Below are positions 1 to 9,652 of a DNA stretch of 34,370 bases, piece by piece (the stretch's first letter is position 1; the number at the start of each line of letters is the position of its first letter). The notes under the pieces were generated by a model. It searched no databases. It saw only the letters and a program-made list of their open reading frames with translations, and was not told the origin of the DNA. The stretch is from positions 1 through 34,370 of the IMG/VR virus record IMGVR_UViG_3300032287_000440, one strand, 5' to 3'. The translations under genes were made by a program, and so were the position numbers. Source of the stretch: a virus. Lineage: Duplodnaviria; Caudoviricetes.

Positions 1-123
1 GCGCGTGGTTCGTCAGTACACGATCAACAACGACTCTATCCCGACCCGTCTGGATGTGTTGTACGGTTGGGCTCCTCTCTACCCCGAACTCGCTTGCCGC
101 GTTGCAGCTTAATTGAAAGGGAA
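1..123. repeat. Terminal direct repeat, copy 1 (circular assembly overlap)
   Basis: Identical to 34248-34370; contains the 3' end of the coat gene. Confidence 0.97.
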
Positions 124-129
124 TAAATC

Positions 130-432
130 ATGCCTTTGTCTCCTACTACCTACACCAACAACGGCCCTGCCGTTACCACCAGCCCCCACCGTCTGATTGA
201 TGGTGACAGCACTGACGGAACCGCAATCGCCCCCAACGGCGGTTTGGTTTCCTTCTTTGGTGCTACGGGCACGACCCAACCGACCTCTGCTGGCAACACC
301 ACCACCGTGGCTGCTGGTTCGACCACCGCTGTCTACACGAACACCACGTTCTCTGGCGGCACTGGTTCTACCGCTTACACGGTTGGCGATATTGTCAAAG
401 CTCTGAAGGCTTTGGGTCTTATCGCTGCCTAA
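130..432 (+). CDS. Small virion protein (head decoration/fibre-like)
   Basis: Directly after coat gene; SD AAGGG; T/G/A-rich; C-terminal IVKALKALGLI motif typical of head-fibre proteins. Confidence 0.7.
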   Translation: MPLSPTTYTNNGPAVTTSPHRLIDGDSTDGTAIAPNGGLVSFFGATGTTQPTSAGNTTTVAAGSTTAVYTNTTFSGGTGSTAYTVGDIVKALKALGLIAA

Positions 433-450
433 TCAGCCGCGATGAAGCAG

Positions 451-490
451 AAAAGCCGCCTCTCAAAAAGGGGTGGCTTTTTCTCTTTTT
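451..490 (+). terminator. Rho-independent terminator after head genes
   Basis: AAAAGCCGCC-loop-GGTGGCTTTT stem followed by a T-rich run. Confidence 0.85.
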
Positions 491-524
491 CTGGTTAAAA
501 TCAATTCATCTCTAAGGAGAAATC

Positions 525-851
525 ATGGCTCTGCAAACCACCATCTTGCGTGGGAACATCCTTAATTCGTTCATTATGGGTATTCCTGTCACCGCAACGA
601 CTGTTGCCACCTCTGGCGCATCCAAAAACGTGTCTGTTCCTGGCTTGGAAGTTGGCGATGCCGTTACCGTAACGCTTCCCGCTGCTCAAACCACTGGTGT
701 TGGCATTGCTAACGCCTACGTTTCGGCTGCTGAAACGCTGACGATTCAATTCATCAACGCTACGGGTTCCTCGGCCTCCGCTGCCGCTGGTACTTATACC
801 GTTGTGGTTGACCGCGCAGAATCGTTGCCGTTGGCCTCCAACGCTGTCTAA
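525..851 (+). CDS. Putative virion structural protein
   Basis: Strong SD TAAGGAG; beta-rich composition; structural operon context. Confidence 0.7.
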   Translation: MALQTTILRGNILNSFIMGIPVTATTVATSGASKNVSVPGLEVGDAVTVTLPAAQTTGVGIANAYVSAAETLTIQFINATGSSASAAAGTYTVVVDRAESLPLASNAV

Positions 852-852
852 A

Positions 853-1203
853 ATGGCATCGTCTACAGTCCAGCGTAATGCAGGGGTTACAGTAGCCCTT
901 GCAGTCACGGCCTCGGCTCACGCCAACGTTGTGATTAACGACAATACCAACGATCAGGTGAACTACACCAGTTTCCTGAATGTTGGAACCAAGCCGTGTG
1001 CGATTCGTTGGGGTACAACTGACAGCAATGTCGGAACCCCGGTGTTTCCCACGGATGGCACAAACGGTGACTTTGTTCTCCCTGGGAACATGGTTATGCC
1101 GTTGATTCTTGCGACTCCGACAACGCCTTATTACTTGTCGGCAATTTGTGGCGGTAGTGACAGCACTACCCTGTATGTGACTCCCGCAGCAGATCAATCG
1201 TAA
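853..1203 (+). CDS. Putative virion structural protein
   Basis: ATG at 853 right after upstream stop (track start at 802 is less likely); beta-rich. Confidence 0.65.
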   Translation: MASSTVQRNAGVTVALAVTASAHANVVINDNTNDQVNYTSFLNVGTKPCAIRWGTTDSNVGTPVFPTDGTNGDFVLPGNMVMPLILATPTTPYYLSAICGGSDSTTLYVTPAADQS

Positions 1204-1208
1204 GAACT

Positions 1209-3419
1209 ATGGCTGACCCTTCATCAGTAAGTGACCAGAATCTGCTACCCGTACAGGCATATTTTGCCGTTGACGGGACGTTCCAGACATTTATTGGGCA
1301 GGGTCAGCCATTTTATGCGACAGTAAATCCTAGCCAATCTGGGCTAAACATTACAAATAGCACGATTAACAGCACGACAATCGGCGCTATCACCCCATCA
1401 ACGGGTGTTTTTACAAACATTGCCACGACAACTGGCACGATTTCAACACTTCCATCTGGCAACACCGACATTGCAAACAAGCAATATGTTGATGCTTACG
1501 TTGCTGGATTGTCATGGAAGCCGCCTGTAAATTACGGCACAACCGCAGACATTGCGCTTGCTGGCCTTGGAACTCAAGCCGGTGGCGATTGGGGTTCTGC
1601 GCTGACCGCAGGGATGCGTGTTTTGGTCAAGAACCAGAATACTCCCGCAAACAATGGCATTTACATTGCAGACTCAAGCAATTGGAGCCGCGCCCCTGAC
1701 GCAGACGCTTGGAACGAGTTTGTCTCTGCTCTGGTCTTTGTTGAAACCGGAGCAACTCTGGCGGGTTCTGCCTGGTATTGTTCTGCCCAACCTGGCGGAA
1801 CACTTGGCACAACGGCTATCAATTGGTCAAACTTTAGTGTTGCCGCGCCGTATTCTGCTGGCACAGGATTAACGCTAAACAACTACATTTTCAGCATCAC
1901 CAACACGGGTGTAACTGCCGCAACCTATGGGTCGGCATCGTCTGTGCCGGTGTTTGTGGTCAACGCGCAGGGCCAATTAACCTCTGCAAGCAACACCTCA
2001 ATAGCAATTGCGGCATCTCAGATTACATCTGGGACAATTGACACCGCTAGGATTTCTGGTTCTTACACGGGAATTACGGGTGTTGGGACGCTTACTGCGG
2101 GAACTTGGAATGCAACACCAATTGGCAACTCATATCTTGCCAATTCAAGCCTGACCATCAATGGCAACACGGTTTCTTTGGGTGGATCAACAACAATCAC
2201 GGCAAGCACGACTAATGCGCTGACTGTTGATAATTCAGGAACTGGTGCGGCGTCTGGGTCAACTTTTAACGGCAGTGCTCCGGTCACGATTTCCTATAAC
2301 AGCGTGGGTGCGCCATCAACCGGGGGCACAAATGCAACAGGAACGTGGAACATAAGCATTTCTGGTAATGCTGCAACCGCAACAAGTGCAACAAGCGCAA
2401 CAACCGCAACCAATCTTGCTGGCGGTGCGCTTGGTTCTGTTCCATATCAAAGCGCATCTGGAACTACCACTTTCTTAGCGGCGGGGACTTCTGGTCAGGT
2501 TTTGAGTACCAATGGCGCGGCTGCTCCCACATGGATTGGCCCTTCTGCTTTTCTGGACAACATAACCACGACTCAAGGTAGCCTAATTTACAGAAACGCC
2601 TCGGGTTGGGTTAATTTGGGGCCAGGGACTGCTGGACAAGTATTGCAGACGGGAGGCGCTGGTGCTAACCCTTCCTGGCTCAATCAATCGTCTATTGCGG
2701 CAGGTTCTGCGGCTACTGCAACGTCTGCAACAACATCCACAAACCTTGCTGGTGGTGGTGCTGGTTTTGTTCCCTATCAGTCTGGTGCTGGCGCTACATC
2801 TTTTGTCTCTGCTGGTACTACCGGACAGGTCTTGACCTCCAACGGGTCAAGCGCCCCAACATGGACAACGCCTACGGCTTACGCAACGGTTACTGATGAC
2901 ACAACCACGAATGCGACCCGTTATCCGCTGTTTGCGGCTGTTACTGCTGGCAACCTGACCACAGAATACGTTAGTTCAACCAAGTACCAATTTAACCCCT
3001 CTACGGGCGTTTTGACCGCCACCTCATTCAGCGGCGCTGGTACAGGACTGACCGGGACTGCCTCTAGCCTATCAATTGGCGGGACTGCCTTAAACGTGAC
3101 CGGAACGGTTGCAGTTGGCAACGGCGGGACGGGCGTTACGACCTTGACCGGATTGGCTTACGGCAACGGAACGTCTGCGTTTACTGCCGCAACTGCCGCC
3201 CAAGTTGTTGCCGTAATTAACTCAACCGCTGTCACAAACGCCACAAATGCCGCAAACACGGCGATTACGGATGACACGACAACCAACGCGACTGTTTACC
3301 CAACTTGGGTGACAAGCACCACCGGCAATTTGCCTCAAAAAACCTCATCAACTAAACTGTCGTTCAACCCCTCAACCGGGGCATTGACTGTCAGCAACAA
3401 GCTAATCATTGCGCCATAA
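1209..3419 (+). CDS. Tail fibre-like protein with internal repeats
   Basis: 736 aa T/G/S/A-rich; ANKQYVD and RVLVKNQ..NGIY fibre motifs; duplicated NLAGG..VPYQS..GQVL and TDDTTTNAT..FNPSTG modules. Confidence 0.8.
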   Translation: MADPSSVSDQNLLPVQAYFAVDGTFQTFIGQGQPFYATVNPSQSGLNITNSTINSTTIGAITPSTGVFTNIATTTGTISTLPSGNTDIANKQYVDAYVAGLSWKPPVNYGTTADIALAGLGTQAGGDWGSALTAGMRVLVKNQNTPANNGIYIADSSNWSRAPDADAWNEFVSALVFVETGATLAGSAWYCSAQPGGTLGTTAINWSNFSVAAPYSAGTGLTLNNYIFSITNTGVTAATYGSASSVPVFVVNAQGQLTSASNTSIAIAASQITSGTIDTARISGSYTGITGVGTLTAGTWNATPIGNSYLANSSLTINGNTVSLGGSTTITASTTNALTVDNSGTGAASGSTFNGSAPVTISYNSVGAPSTGGTNATGTWNISISGNAATATSATSATTATNLAGGALGSVPYQSASGTTTFLAAGTSGQVLSTNGAAAPTWIGPSAFLDNITTTQGSLIYRNASGWVNLGPGTAGQVLQTGGAGANPSWLNQSSIAAGSAATATSATTSTNLAGGGAGFVPYQSGAGATSFVSAGTTGQVLTSNGSSAPTWTTPTAYATVTDDTTTNATRYPLFAAVTAGNLTTEYVSSTKYQFNPSTGVLTATSFSGAGTGLTGTASSLSIGGTALNVTGTVAVGNGGTGVTTLTGLAYGNGTSAFTAATAAQVVAVINSTAVTNATNAANTAITDDTTTNATVYPTWVTSTTGNLPQKTSSTKLSFNPSTGALTVSNKLIIAP

Positions 3420-3428
3420 GGAAACGAT

Positions 3429-5333
3429 ATGGGAACTCTAGTTTTTCAAGCAAACTTAGGCGGGGCGATTAACCTAGTCGGCCCAAACACCGCATCTACG
3501 GTTAACTTCACGCTCCCAAGCGCAGATGGCACTAACGGTCAGGCATTAACCACCAACGGAAGTGGAACACTTGCATTTGCAACTGTTTCTGGCACGCCTG
3601 GTGGATCAAACACCCAAGTCCAGTTCAATAACTCTGGTGCATTTGGTGGGTCTGCTAATCTAACCTTTGATGGCACAACCTTTACCCACACAGGCGCATC
3701 CAACTTTGCGTCAACCACCGGAAACGTGGGTGTTGGTACGGCATCCCCTGGTTCTAAACTAGACGTCAAAGGCACGCTACGACTGTCTGGGTCATCTTCT
3801 GGCTATGTTGGATTGGCCCCCGCTGCCGCAGCAGGATCAACCACCTACACGCTCCCTACCGCTGATGGTACTAACGGACAATCTTTGACCACAAACGGCT
3901 CTGGCACGCTTTCTTGGGCATCGTCTAGCGGTGGTGGATTTAGCGGATCAACCACAACGTCATCTGCTGTTGATATTACGCTGACCAATACGTCAACACA
4001 GACGCAAGCTGTGTCAATGACTGCTGGTGGCAAATTTGTCATCCTGCCTAACGCCACAACCCTTTCTAATAAGGGTGGCCCAATCTTTATTATCCAGAAC
4101 AAAGGGCAAAATCCGTTTGGTATTAAAGATGCGGCAGGTAACGTAATTGCCAACATGGTTTATTACGGACAGTCCGTGTCGTTGGTTTTGTTAGACAATG
4201 CAGCATCGGCAGGAACATGGGGTACGCAAGTTATTGGTTCTGCGGGTGTTGCGGGTATTGGGCCTATCAATGCCTCTACCATTTCGTTTCTAGCTAATGG
4301 CAGTGTCACTGTCTGCGGTCTTTCAAGTACCCAGGCGCTCCTTGTATATGCCAATACTGCCAGCACAAATTACCAGATCGTGCTTGCCACAATTTCTGGT
4401 TCAACGGTAACGTATGGAACACCAACTACGTTATACGCATCAACTGCCCCAGGAAATTGTTATGGGGCTATTGCGCTATCTTCCTCTCTTGCGGTGTTTT
4501 GCGTTGTTAATAATTCCAGCGTACCACAACTAATTGCGGCTAGTGTTTCTGGGTCTACGATAACCGTAGGAACGGCTGTGGCACTTAGTACAGTTAACCT
4601 TCTTGGTCAGCGCGGCATTATGTATCAAGAAAGTTCTACTAACGGTGTTGTTACATTCATTATTGATAACGCTGGAACGCAATCAGCAATTGCTAGAGCG
4701 TTTTCAGTATCTGGTACAACGATCACGCTTGGAACTGCACAAAACTTAATTAGCGGCATTGCTTCTGGTACTTTATATTGCGCTACTGCAAAACTTGCCA
4801 CAGGTTCTTATGTCAGTATCTATTCTGACGGTTCTTCAGGTTACGCTCGTCCCTGGACAATAAGCGGAACAACGATAACGCTTGGAACACAAACATCGTA
4901 CCTTACTGGCGTTCAACAAGCCACTTATATACTGTATGCCGCCCAGACGGGTGGCGGTTTTGGGGCATCATCAACGTGCGGTGTGTTTTCGTATTCTGGA
5001 AATAACGTAACTGTTGTCATTTCAGGTTCAACTATCTCTAGTCTGTCCACGAGTTACGGGCCAATTACGACATTTGGTGGAACAGTTGCATATAGTGCGT
5101 CTATTGGTGTGCCAAGTCCGTTTGGTACAAGTGGAATGATTTCCACACAAGGTTCTGAACTCGGTGTATATACAGGGAGTGCCAATGGTTGGGGCGGTGG
5201 TGTATATATTGGTTCTACTGGGTTGTTTGGTTTAAGCACTACCGGAAACTACACTTATCTAAACTCCACAACAAACCTGTACGCTGGCAATTACAACGGT
5301 CTGGTTTCAGCCGTAGTGGTTAAGGGAAACTAA
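3429..5333 (+). CDS. Tail fibre / receptor-binding protein
   Basis: LPxADGTNGQxLTTNGSGTL twice; GNVGVGTASP motif; C-terminal SGxTxTxGT repeats. Confidence 0.8.
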   Translation: MGTLVFQANLGGAINLVGPNTASTVNFTLPSADGTNGQALTTNGSGTLAFATVSGTPGGSNTQVQFNNSGAFGGSANLTFDGTTFTHTGASNFASTTGNVGVGTASPGSKLDVKGTLRLSGSSSGYVGLAPAAAAGSTTYTLPTADGTNGQSLTTNGSGTLSWASSSGGGFSGSTTTSSAVDITLTNTSTQTQAVSMTAGGKFVILPNATTLSNKGGPIFIIQNKGQNPFGIKDAAGNVIANMVYYGQSVSLVLLDNAASAGTWGTQVIGSAGVAGIGPINASTISFLANGSVTVCGLSSTQALLVYANTASTNYQIVLATISGSTVTYGTPTTLYASTAPGNCYGAIALSSSLAVFCVVNNSSVPQLIAASVSGSTITVGTAVALSTVNLLGQRGIMYQESSTNGVVTFIIDNAGTQSAIARAFSVSGTTITLGTAQNLISGIASGTLYCATAKLATGSYVSIYSDGSSGYARPWTISGTTITLGTQTSYLTGVQQATYILYAAQTGGGFGASSTCGVFSYSGNNVTVVISGSTISSLSTSYGPITTFGGTVAYSASIGVPSPFGTSGMISTQGSELGVYTGSANGWGGGVYIGSTGLFGLSTTGNYTYLNSTTNLYAGNYNGLVSAVVVKGN

Positions 5334-5334
5334 C

Positions 5335-5727
5335 ATGAAAATTCTTTTGAACTCCGACTCGGTTGCCATTTTTGTTGGCTTGTCGTTCACGCTGACCGCT
5401 GAAGGGCTTTACCTGCCTGATGCGTTTAGTGCTCAATGTACGACTGCAAACTGCACCGTGATTGAGGTTGAGCCGCCGCCATATTACGTCAGCAATGTGT
5501 ATAAATGGGAAAACAACGCATGGACTTGTATTGACCAACCTGCTGTTGATGCGTACATTGCGGAACAAATAGCAAAATTTAACCAAGAACAAAGCAACAA
5601 ACGCCTACTAGCCTACACTGCTGAAGCCGATGGTATTTACTTCAAATGGCAGCGCGGAGAAGCTACCCAGCAAGAATGGCTGGACAAGGTAGCTGAGATC
5701 AAGGCTCGTTATCCTTACATCACCTAA
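5335..5727 (+). CDS. Putative tail fibre assembly/chaperone protein
   Basis: Follows fibre gene; C-terminal W..KVAEIKARYP motif. Confidence 0.6.
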   Translation: MKILLNSDSVAIFVGLSFTLTAEGLYLPDAFSAQCTTANCTVIEVEPPPYYVSNVYKWENNAWTCIDQPAVDAYIAEQIAKFNQEQSNKRLLAYTAEADGIYFKWQRGEATQQEWLDKVAEIKARYPYIT

Positions 5728-5729
5728 AA

Positions 5730-6056
5730 ATGTTCAATTCGCCAATCATCTACAACTGGACAATCAAAAACCTATACGCTGAAAACGAGCGTATTACGTC
5801 TGCCCACTATCACGTTGTGGCAAGTGTTGATGACTTGTCGGTTGAGACTGAGGGAAACTGGTTTTTTGATGAACCAGGGACAGTTCCGTTTGCCAGTGTG
5901 ACCGAGGAAATGGTGGTTGGTTGGATCGAATCCTCCTCTATACGGGATGGCAAATGCGTCATAAAATCCCGCCTTGAGGAGCAACTAAAAGCCTTGGAAA
6001 TACGCAAGCCCGTGGTTGCTCCTTGGATGCCCCAGGTGTTCACTCCTGACCTATAA
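5730..6056 (+). CDS. Conserved phage tail-associated protein
   Basis: W.I..L...PF..VTEE.V.GW...PW pattern seen in fibre-adjacent genes. Confidence 0.55.
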   Translation: MFNSPIIYNWTIKNLYAENERITSAHYHVVASVDDLSVETEGNWFFDEPGTVPFASVTEEMVVGWIESSSIRDGKCVIKSRLEEQLKALEIRKPVVAPWMPQVFTPDL

Positions 6057-6065
6057 GGACACAAA

Positions 6066-7049
6066 ATGACTCAGCCGATAGACATTATTAGCAGAGCCCT
6101 AAAAGACATCGGCGCATTGGAAGCAGGAGAAACACCGACCCCTGACGCAGCGCAGGATGCGTTCGATATGTTGAACGACCTGATTGACCAATGGTCAAAC
6201 GAAAACATGATGGTTTTCAACGTGACCGAGATCATTTTCCCGGTCATTGCTGGTCAGGTTCAGTACACCATTGGCCCCGATCCAAGCACGCAAAACTTTA
6301 TTGGCGCATCGTTTACAGGCTCAATCTCTGGAAACGTCCTGACGGTTACCGGCATCAACTCTGGCGCAGTTGCCCAAGGTCAGACTCTTAGCGGCACAGG
6401 CATCCAGGCAGGGACTAAGATTACCCAATTCCTGACCGGGGCGGGTGGTAACGTCAACGAACAAGGAACGTATCAAGTCAACATCAACCAATCGGTTGCC
6501 TCGACCACGATCACCGCTTACTATCAAAAGCCCTTGCAGATTAACTCGGCGTTTGTGCGTATCAACACGACCTCTAACGGTCAACCGATCATCTCTGGTG
6601 GCCTAGATTATCCGGTTGCGGTGTTGGCGCTAGAAGATTACGAAATGATTGGATTGAAGACGCTGAATGGCCCTTGGCCCAAGGCGATTTACTACAATCC
6701 CGGCGCAGATTCTGGCAACGTGTTTGTGTGGCCCAACCCGTCACAAGGCGAAATGCACTTGTTCGCCAACACGATTTTTACCCGCTACGAAACCATCAAC
6801 GACACCATTCTGTTCCCGCAGGGCTATCAAATGGCGCTGAGATGGTGTTTGGCAGAGCGTTTGATGCCCATGTATGGCAAAGCCTCGCCAACCCAAATTG
6901 CCATGATTCAACAATACGCAGCGCAATCAAAATCTACGATCAAGCGCAACAACATGACGCCCATGCAAACGGCGCGTTATCCTGATTCGCTTTTGGTCGG
7001 CAGAGCCAAAGACGCAGGTTGGATTCTCTCGGGTGGTTTCTTCCGTTAA
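6066..7049 (+). CDS. Head-to-tail adaptor (P22 gp4-like) with inserted beta module
   Basis: DIISRAL.DIG...D.LND.IDQW N-terminus; P.GY..AL...LA.RL.P.YG C-terminus; position before gp10-like gene. Confidence 0.75.
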   Translation: MTQPIDIISRALKDIGALEAGETPTPDAAQDAFDMLNDLIDQWSNENMMVFNVTEIIFPVIAGQVQYTIGPDPSTQNFIGASFTGSISGNVLTVTGINSGAVAQGQTLSGTGIQAGTKITQFLTGAGGNVNEQGTYQVNINQSVASTTITAYYQKPLQINSAFVRINTTSNGQPIISGGLDYPVAVLALEDYEMIGLKTLNGPWPKAIYYNPGADSGNVFVWPNPSQGEMHLFANTIFTRYETINDTILFPQGYQMALRWCLAERLMPMYGKASPTQIAMIQQYAAQSKSTIKRNNMTPMQTARYPDSLLVGRAKDAGWILSGGFFR

Positions 7050-7058
7050 GGATAAGTC

Positions 7059-9047
7059 ATGGCAGATTTTGGATTTGTCGGGCCATCTTATGAAGCGCCT
7101 AGCATCTATCAGGATGCACAGGAATGTATTAACTTCTTTCCTGAGATTGACCCGCTAAAACAGCCTGGTGTTCGCGGTGTTGTTGCTTTGTACCCAACGC
7201 CTGGGTTGGTGGCAAAAGCGGTGCTTAACTATGGTGAAATCCGTGGTTTGCGTACTGTTTCCGGTGGTGAACAGCTTGTTGCCGTATCTGGGCCTTACGT
7301 TTACGTTCTGTCCTCAAATCTGACGCCCACAATCGTTGGATTCCTGAATACTTCCACCGGACGGGTGGGCATCACCGACAACGGCATCAACGTCTACATT
7401 GTGGACGGTGCGTATCGATACACCTGGCGCATTTCGACCCCTGCTGCGGCTATTTTTAACGCCAGCATCTCTGGCACTACCCTGACCGTCACAAGCCTGT
7501 CTAGTGGCACGTTAGCGGTGGGTCAGGTGGTCTTTGGGGTGGGTATTGCAAACGAGACTGTGATTACCGCGCTTGGAACCGGAACGGGCGGGACGGGTAC
7601 ATACACGGTCAATATCTCGCAAACTATCGCCTCCGAAACCATGTCCACGGCGGCGGCGGGTGCGATTGTGACCGGCTCAATTTCTGGCACAACGCTGACG
7701 GTTTCTGCGGTAACGTCTGGGACAATTTACGTTGGTCAGACCATCCAAGGAACCGGAGTAACCGCTAACACAATGGTCACCGCGCTTGGAACGGGTACTG
7801 GTGGGGCGGGAACTTACACCGTTAGTACCTCGCAAACTGTTTCATCAACGACCCTTTATGCCCTGAATTTCACCCAGATTCCGTCCTCAGATGGGGCGTT
7901 TTCTGGTGGCAACACGGTGGATATTGTTGACAACTATTTTGTTTACAACAACCCCGGCACTCAAGAATGGGGCGCTTCTGATTTCCTTAGCCCCGTATCT
8001 CCGTTGTTGTCCTATGGGCTAAAAGATGGAGCGCCTGACGATTTGGTGTCGCTGATTGTTGACCATCGAGAGATTTATCTGCTTGGTGAAAACTCATCCG
8101 AGGTCTGGGTTGATGTTGGCGCAGTTCCGTTCCCATTCCAACGCATTCCCGGTACGTCTACCCAACACGGCATTGCATCTGTGTTCTCGGTTGCTCGATT
8201 GGGCAATTCGTTTGCCTATGTTTCGCGTAATATTCGTGGACAAGGGCAGATTGTGCAGATGAACGGCTATACGCCGACACGCATTTCGACCCACGCTGTT
8301 GAGAATTCCCTGCAAAACCAATACATTGACGATGCAGTTGCGTGGACTTACCAGTTAGAAGGCCACGAGATTTATGTGGTCAGTTTCCCGACTCTTGACC
8401 TGACTTGGTGTTATGACACGGCAACCCAGATGTGGCACAAGTGGCTTTGGGTTGATAACGACAACGTATACCATCGTCACCGTGGAAATTGCTCGGCATT
8501 GTTCCAAAGTTTGGTTATCGTTGGCGACCATGAGAACGGGAAGCTGTACGAACTGAGCAAACAGGTCTACACGGATGATGGTCAGGAAATCCGTAGGGTT
8601 CGCCGCGCTCCTCACTTGGTTGCTGACTTGCAACGTCAATACTTTGATGAGTTCCAGATTCAGTTCCAACCAGGCGTTGGGACTACCGGCTTGTCTGTTG
8701 CCAACGTAGATTACAACAACTATCTCGGAAGCCCTTACTATATCTATCCAAGCGCAACTCTAAACGTAATGCCAACGGATGTTTTGATTATTGGAAACCG
8801 AACCGTAGCATCTACTGGCGACACCACTACCAAACCACAAGCCATGTTGCGTTGGTCAAACGATGGCGGCTCTACTTGGTCGAATGAGTATTGGGTTGGA
8901 ATTGGTGCAACGGGTAAATACAAGAACCGCGCAATCTGGCGGCGCTTGGGAATGGCCCGTGACCGAGTGTTTGAGGTTGTTGTAACTGATCCCGTCAACG
9001 CTGTAATTGTCTCTGCCAATCTGAAAGCCTCTGTCGGGGAAAACTGA
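7059..9047 (+). CDS. Tail hub / phage stabilisation protein (P22 gp10-like)
   Basis: [19 protein letters not shown] and [18 protein letters not shown] motifs. Confidence 0.85.
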   Translation: MADFGFVGPSYEAPSIYQDAQECINFFPEIDPLKQPGVRGVVALYPTPGLVAKAVLNYGEIRGLRTVSGGEQLVAVSGPYVYVLSSNLTPTIVGFLNTSTGRVGITDNGINVYIVDGAYRYTWRISTPAAAIFNASISGTTLTVTSLSSGTLAVGQVVFGVGIANETVITALGTGTGGTGTYTVNISQTIASETMSTAAAGAIVTGSISGTTLTVSAVTSGTIYVGQTIQGTGVTANTMVTALGTGTGGAGTYTVSTSQTVSSTTLYALNFTQIPSSDGAFSGGNTVDIVDNYFVYNNPGTQEWGASDFLSPVSPLLSYGLKDGAPDDLVSLIVDHREIYLLGENSSEVWVDVGAVPFPFQRIPGTSTQHGIASVFSVARLGNSFAYVSRNIRGQGQIVQMNGYTPTRISTHAVENSLQNQYIDDAVAWTYQLEGHEIYVVSFPTLDLTWCYDTATQMWHKWLWVDNDNVYHRHRGNCSALFQSLVIVGDHENGKLYELSKQVYTDDGQEIRRVRRAPHLVADLQRQYFDEFQIQFQPGVGTTGLSVANVDYNNYLGSPYYIYPSATLNVMPTDVLIIGNRTVASTGDTTTKPQAMLRWSNDGGSTWSNEYWVGIGATGKYKNRAIWRRLGMARDRVFEVVVTDPVNAVIVSANLKASVGEN

Positions 9048-9634
9048 TGGCAACCAACAACATCAGTGACATCAACATTCCAAGAAGCCCATTCTTGGAT
9101 ACGCAGACAAATCGCCCCTCAAGGGAGTGGTTGATGTATTTGCTGAAGTTGGGTAGCCTGTTCTCTGGTTATTTGAAATATGGAGCGTTTCAAGATACCA
9201 CGACACAATCAGCGACAGCCAACACCGCAACCATAATTACATTTAACACCACGGACTACTCGAACGGGGTGACGGTAAATGGTGGAAGTAGGCTAACGGT
9301 TGCTTACGCAGGAACTTATAACGTCCAGTTCAGCGTTCAATTGCAAAACACAGACACGCAACTTGATGATGTCTCAATTTGGTTGAGAGTAAACGGAACG
9401 GACGTTGTTGGGTCAACTGGCCTTATTAGTGTTCCAAACAAACATGGCGGTGTAAATGGTCATAGCGTCAATGGTTGGAATTACTTTTTGCAACTGAACG
9501 CTAATGATTATGTTCAGCTAGTTTGGTCAACAAGCGCAGCAACAACAACAATTGAATACTACGCACCGGGAACAAGCCCAACAAGACCAGCGACTGCATC
9601 TGTGATTGCGACTGTTAACCAGATCACGCCATAA
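9047..9634 (+). CDS. Tail-associated protein with C1q/TNF-like beta-sandwich
   Basis: N-terminal P.SPFLD..T.RPSREW..YL; YGAF.D, GTYN.QFS.QL and LNANDYVQL motifs. Confidence 0.6.
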   Translation: MATNNISDINIPRSPFLDTQTNRPSREWLMYLLKLGSLFSGYLKYGAFQDTTTQSATANTATIITFNTTDYSNGVTVNGGSRLTVAYAGTYNVQFSVQLQNTDTQLDDVSIWLRVNGTDVVGSTGLISVPNKHGGVNGHSVNGWNYFLQLNANDYVQLVWSTSAATTTIEYYAPGTSPTRPATASVIATVNQITP

Positions 9635-9652
9635 ATTTGTCAAGGTAATGTA

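Noticed and set aside
1209-5333. Diversity-generating retroelement acting on fibre genes
   Set aside because: No reverse transcriptase and no adenine-specific template/variable repeat pair seen
9638-9643. Antisense TTGACA in an intergenic gap
   Set aside because: No matching -10 box at proper spacing
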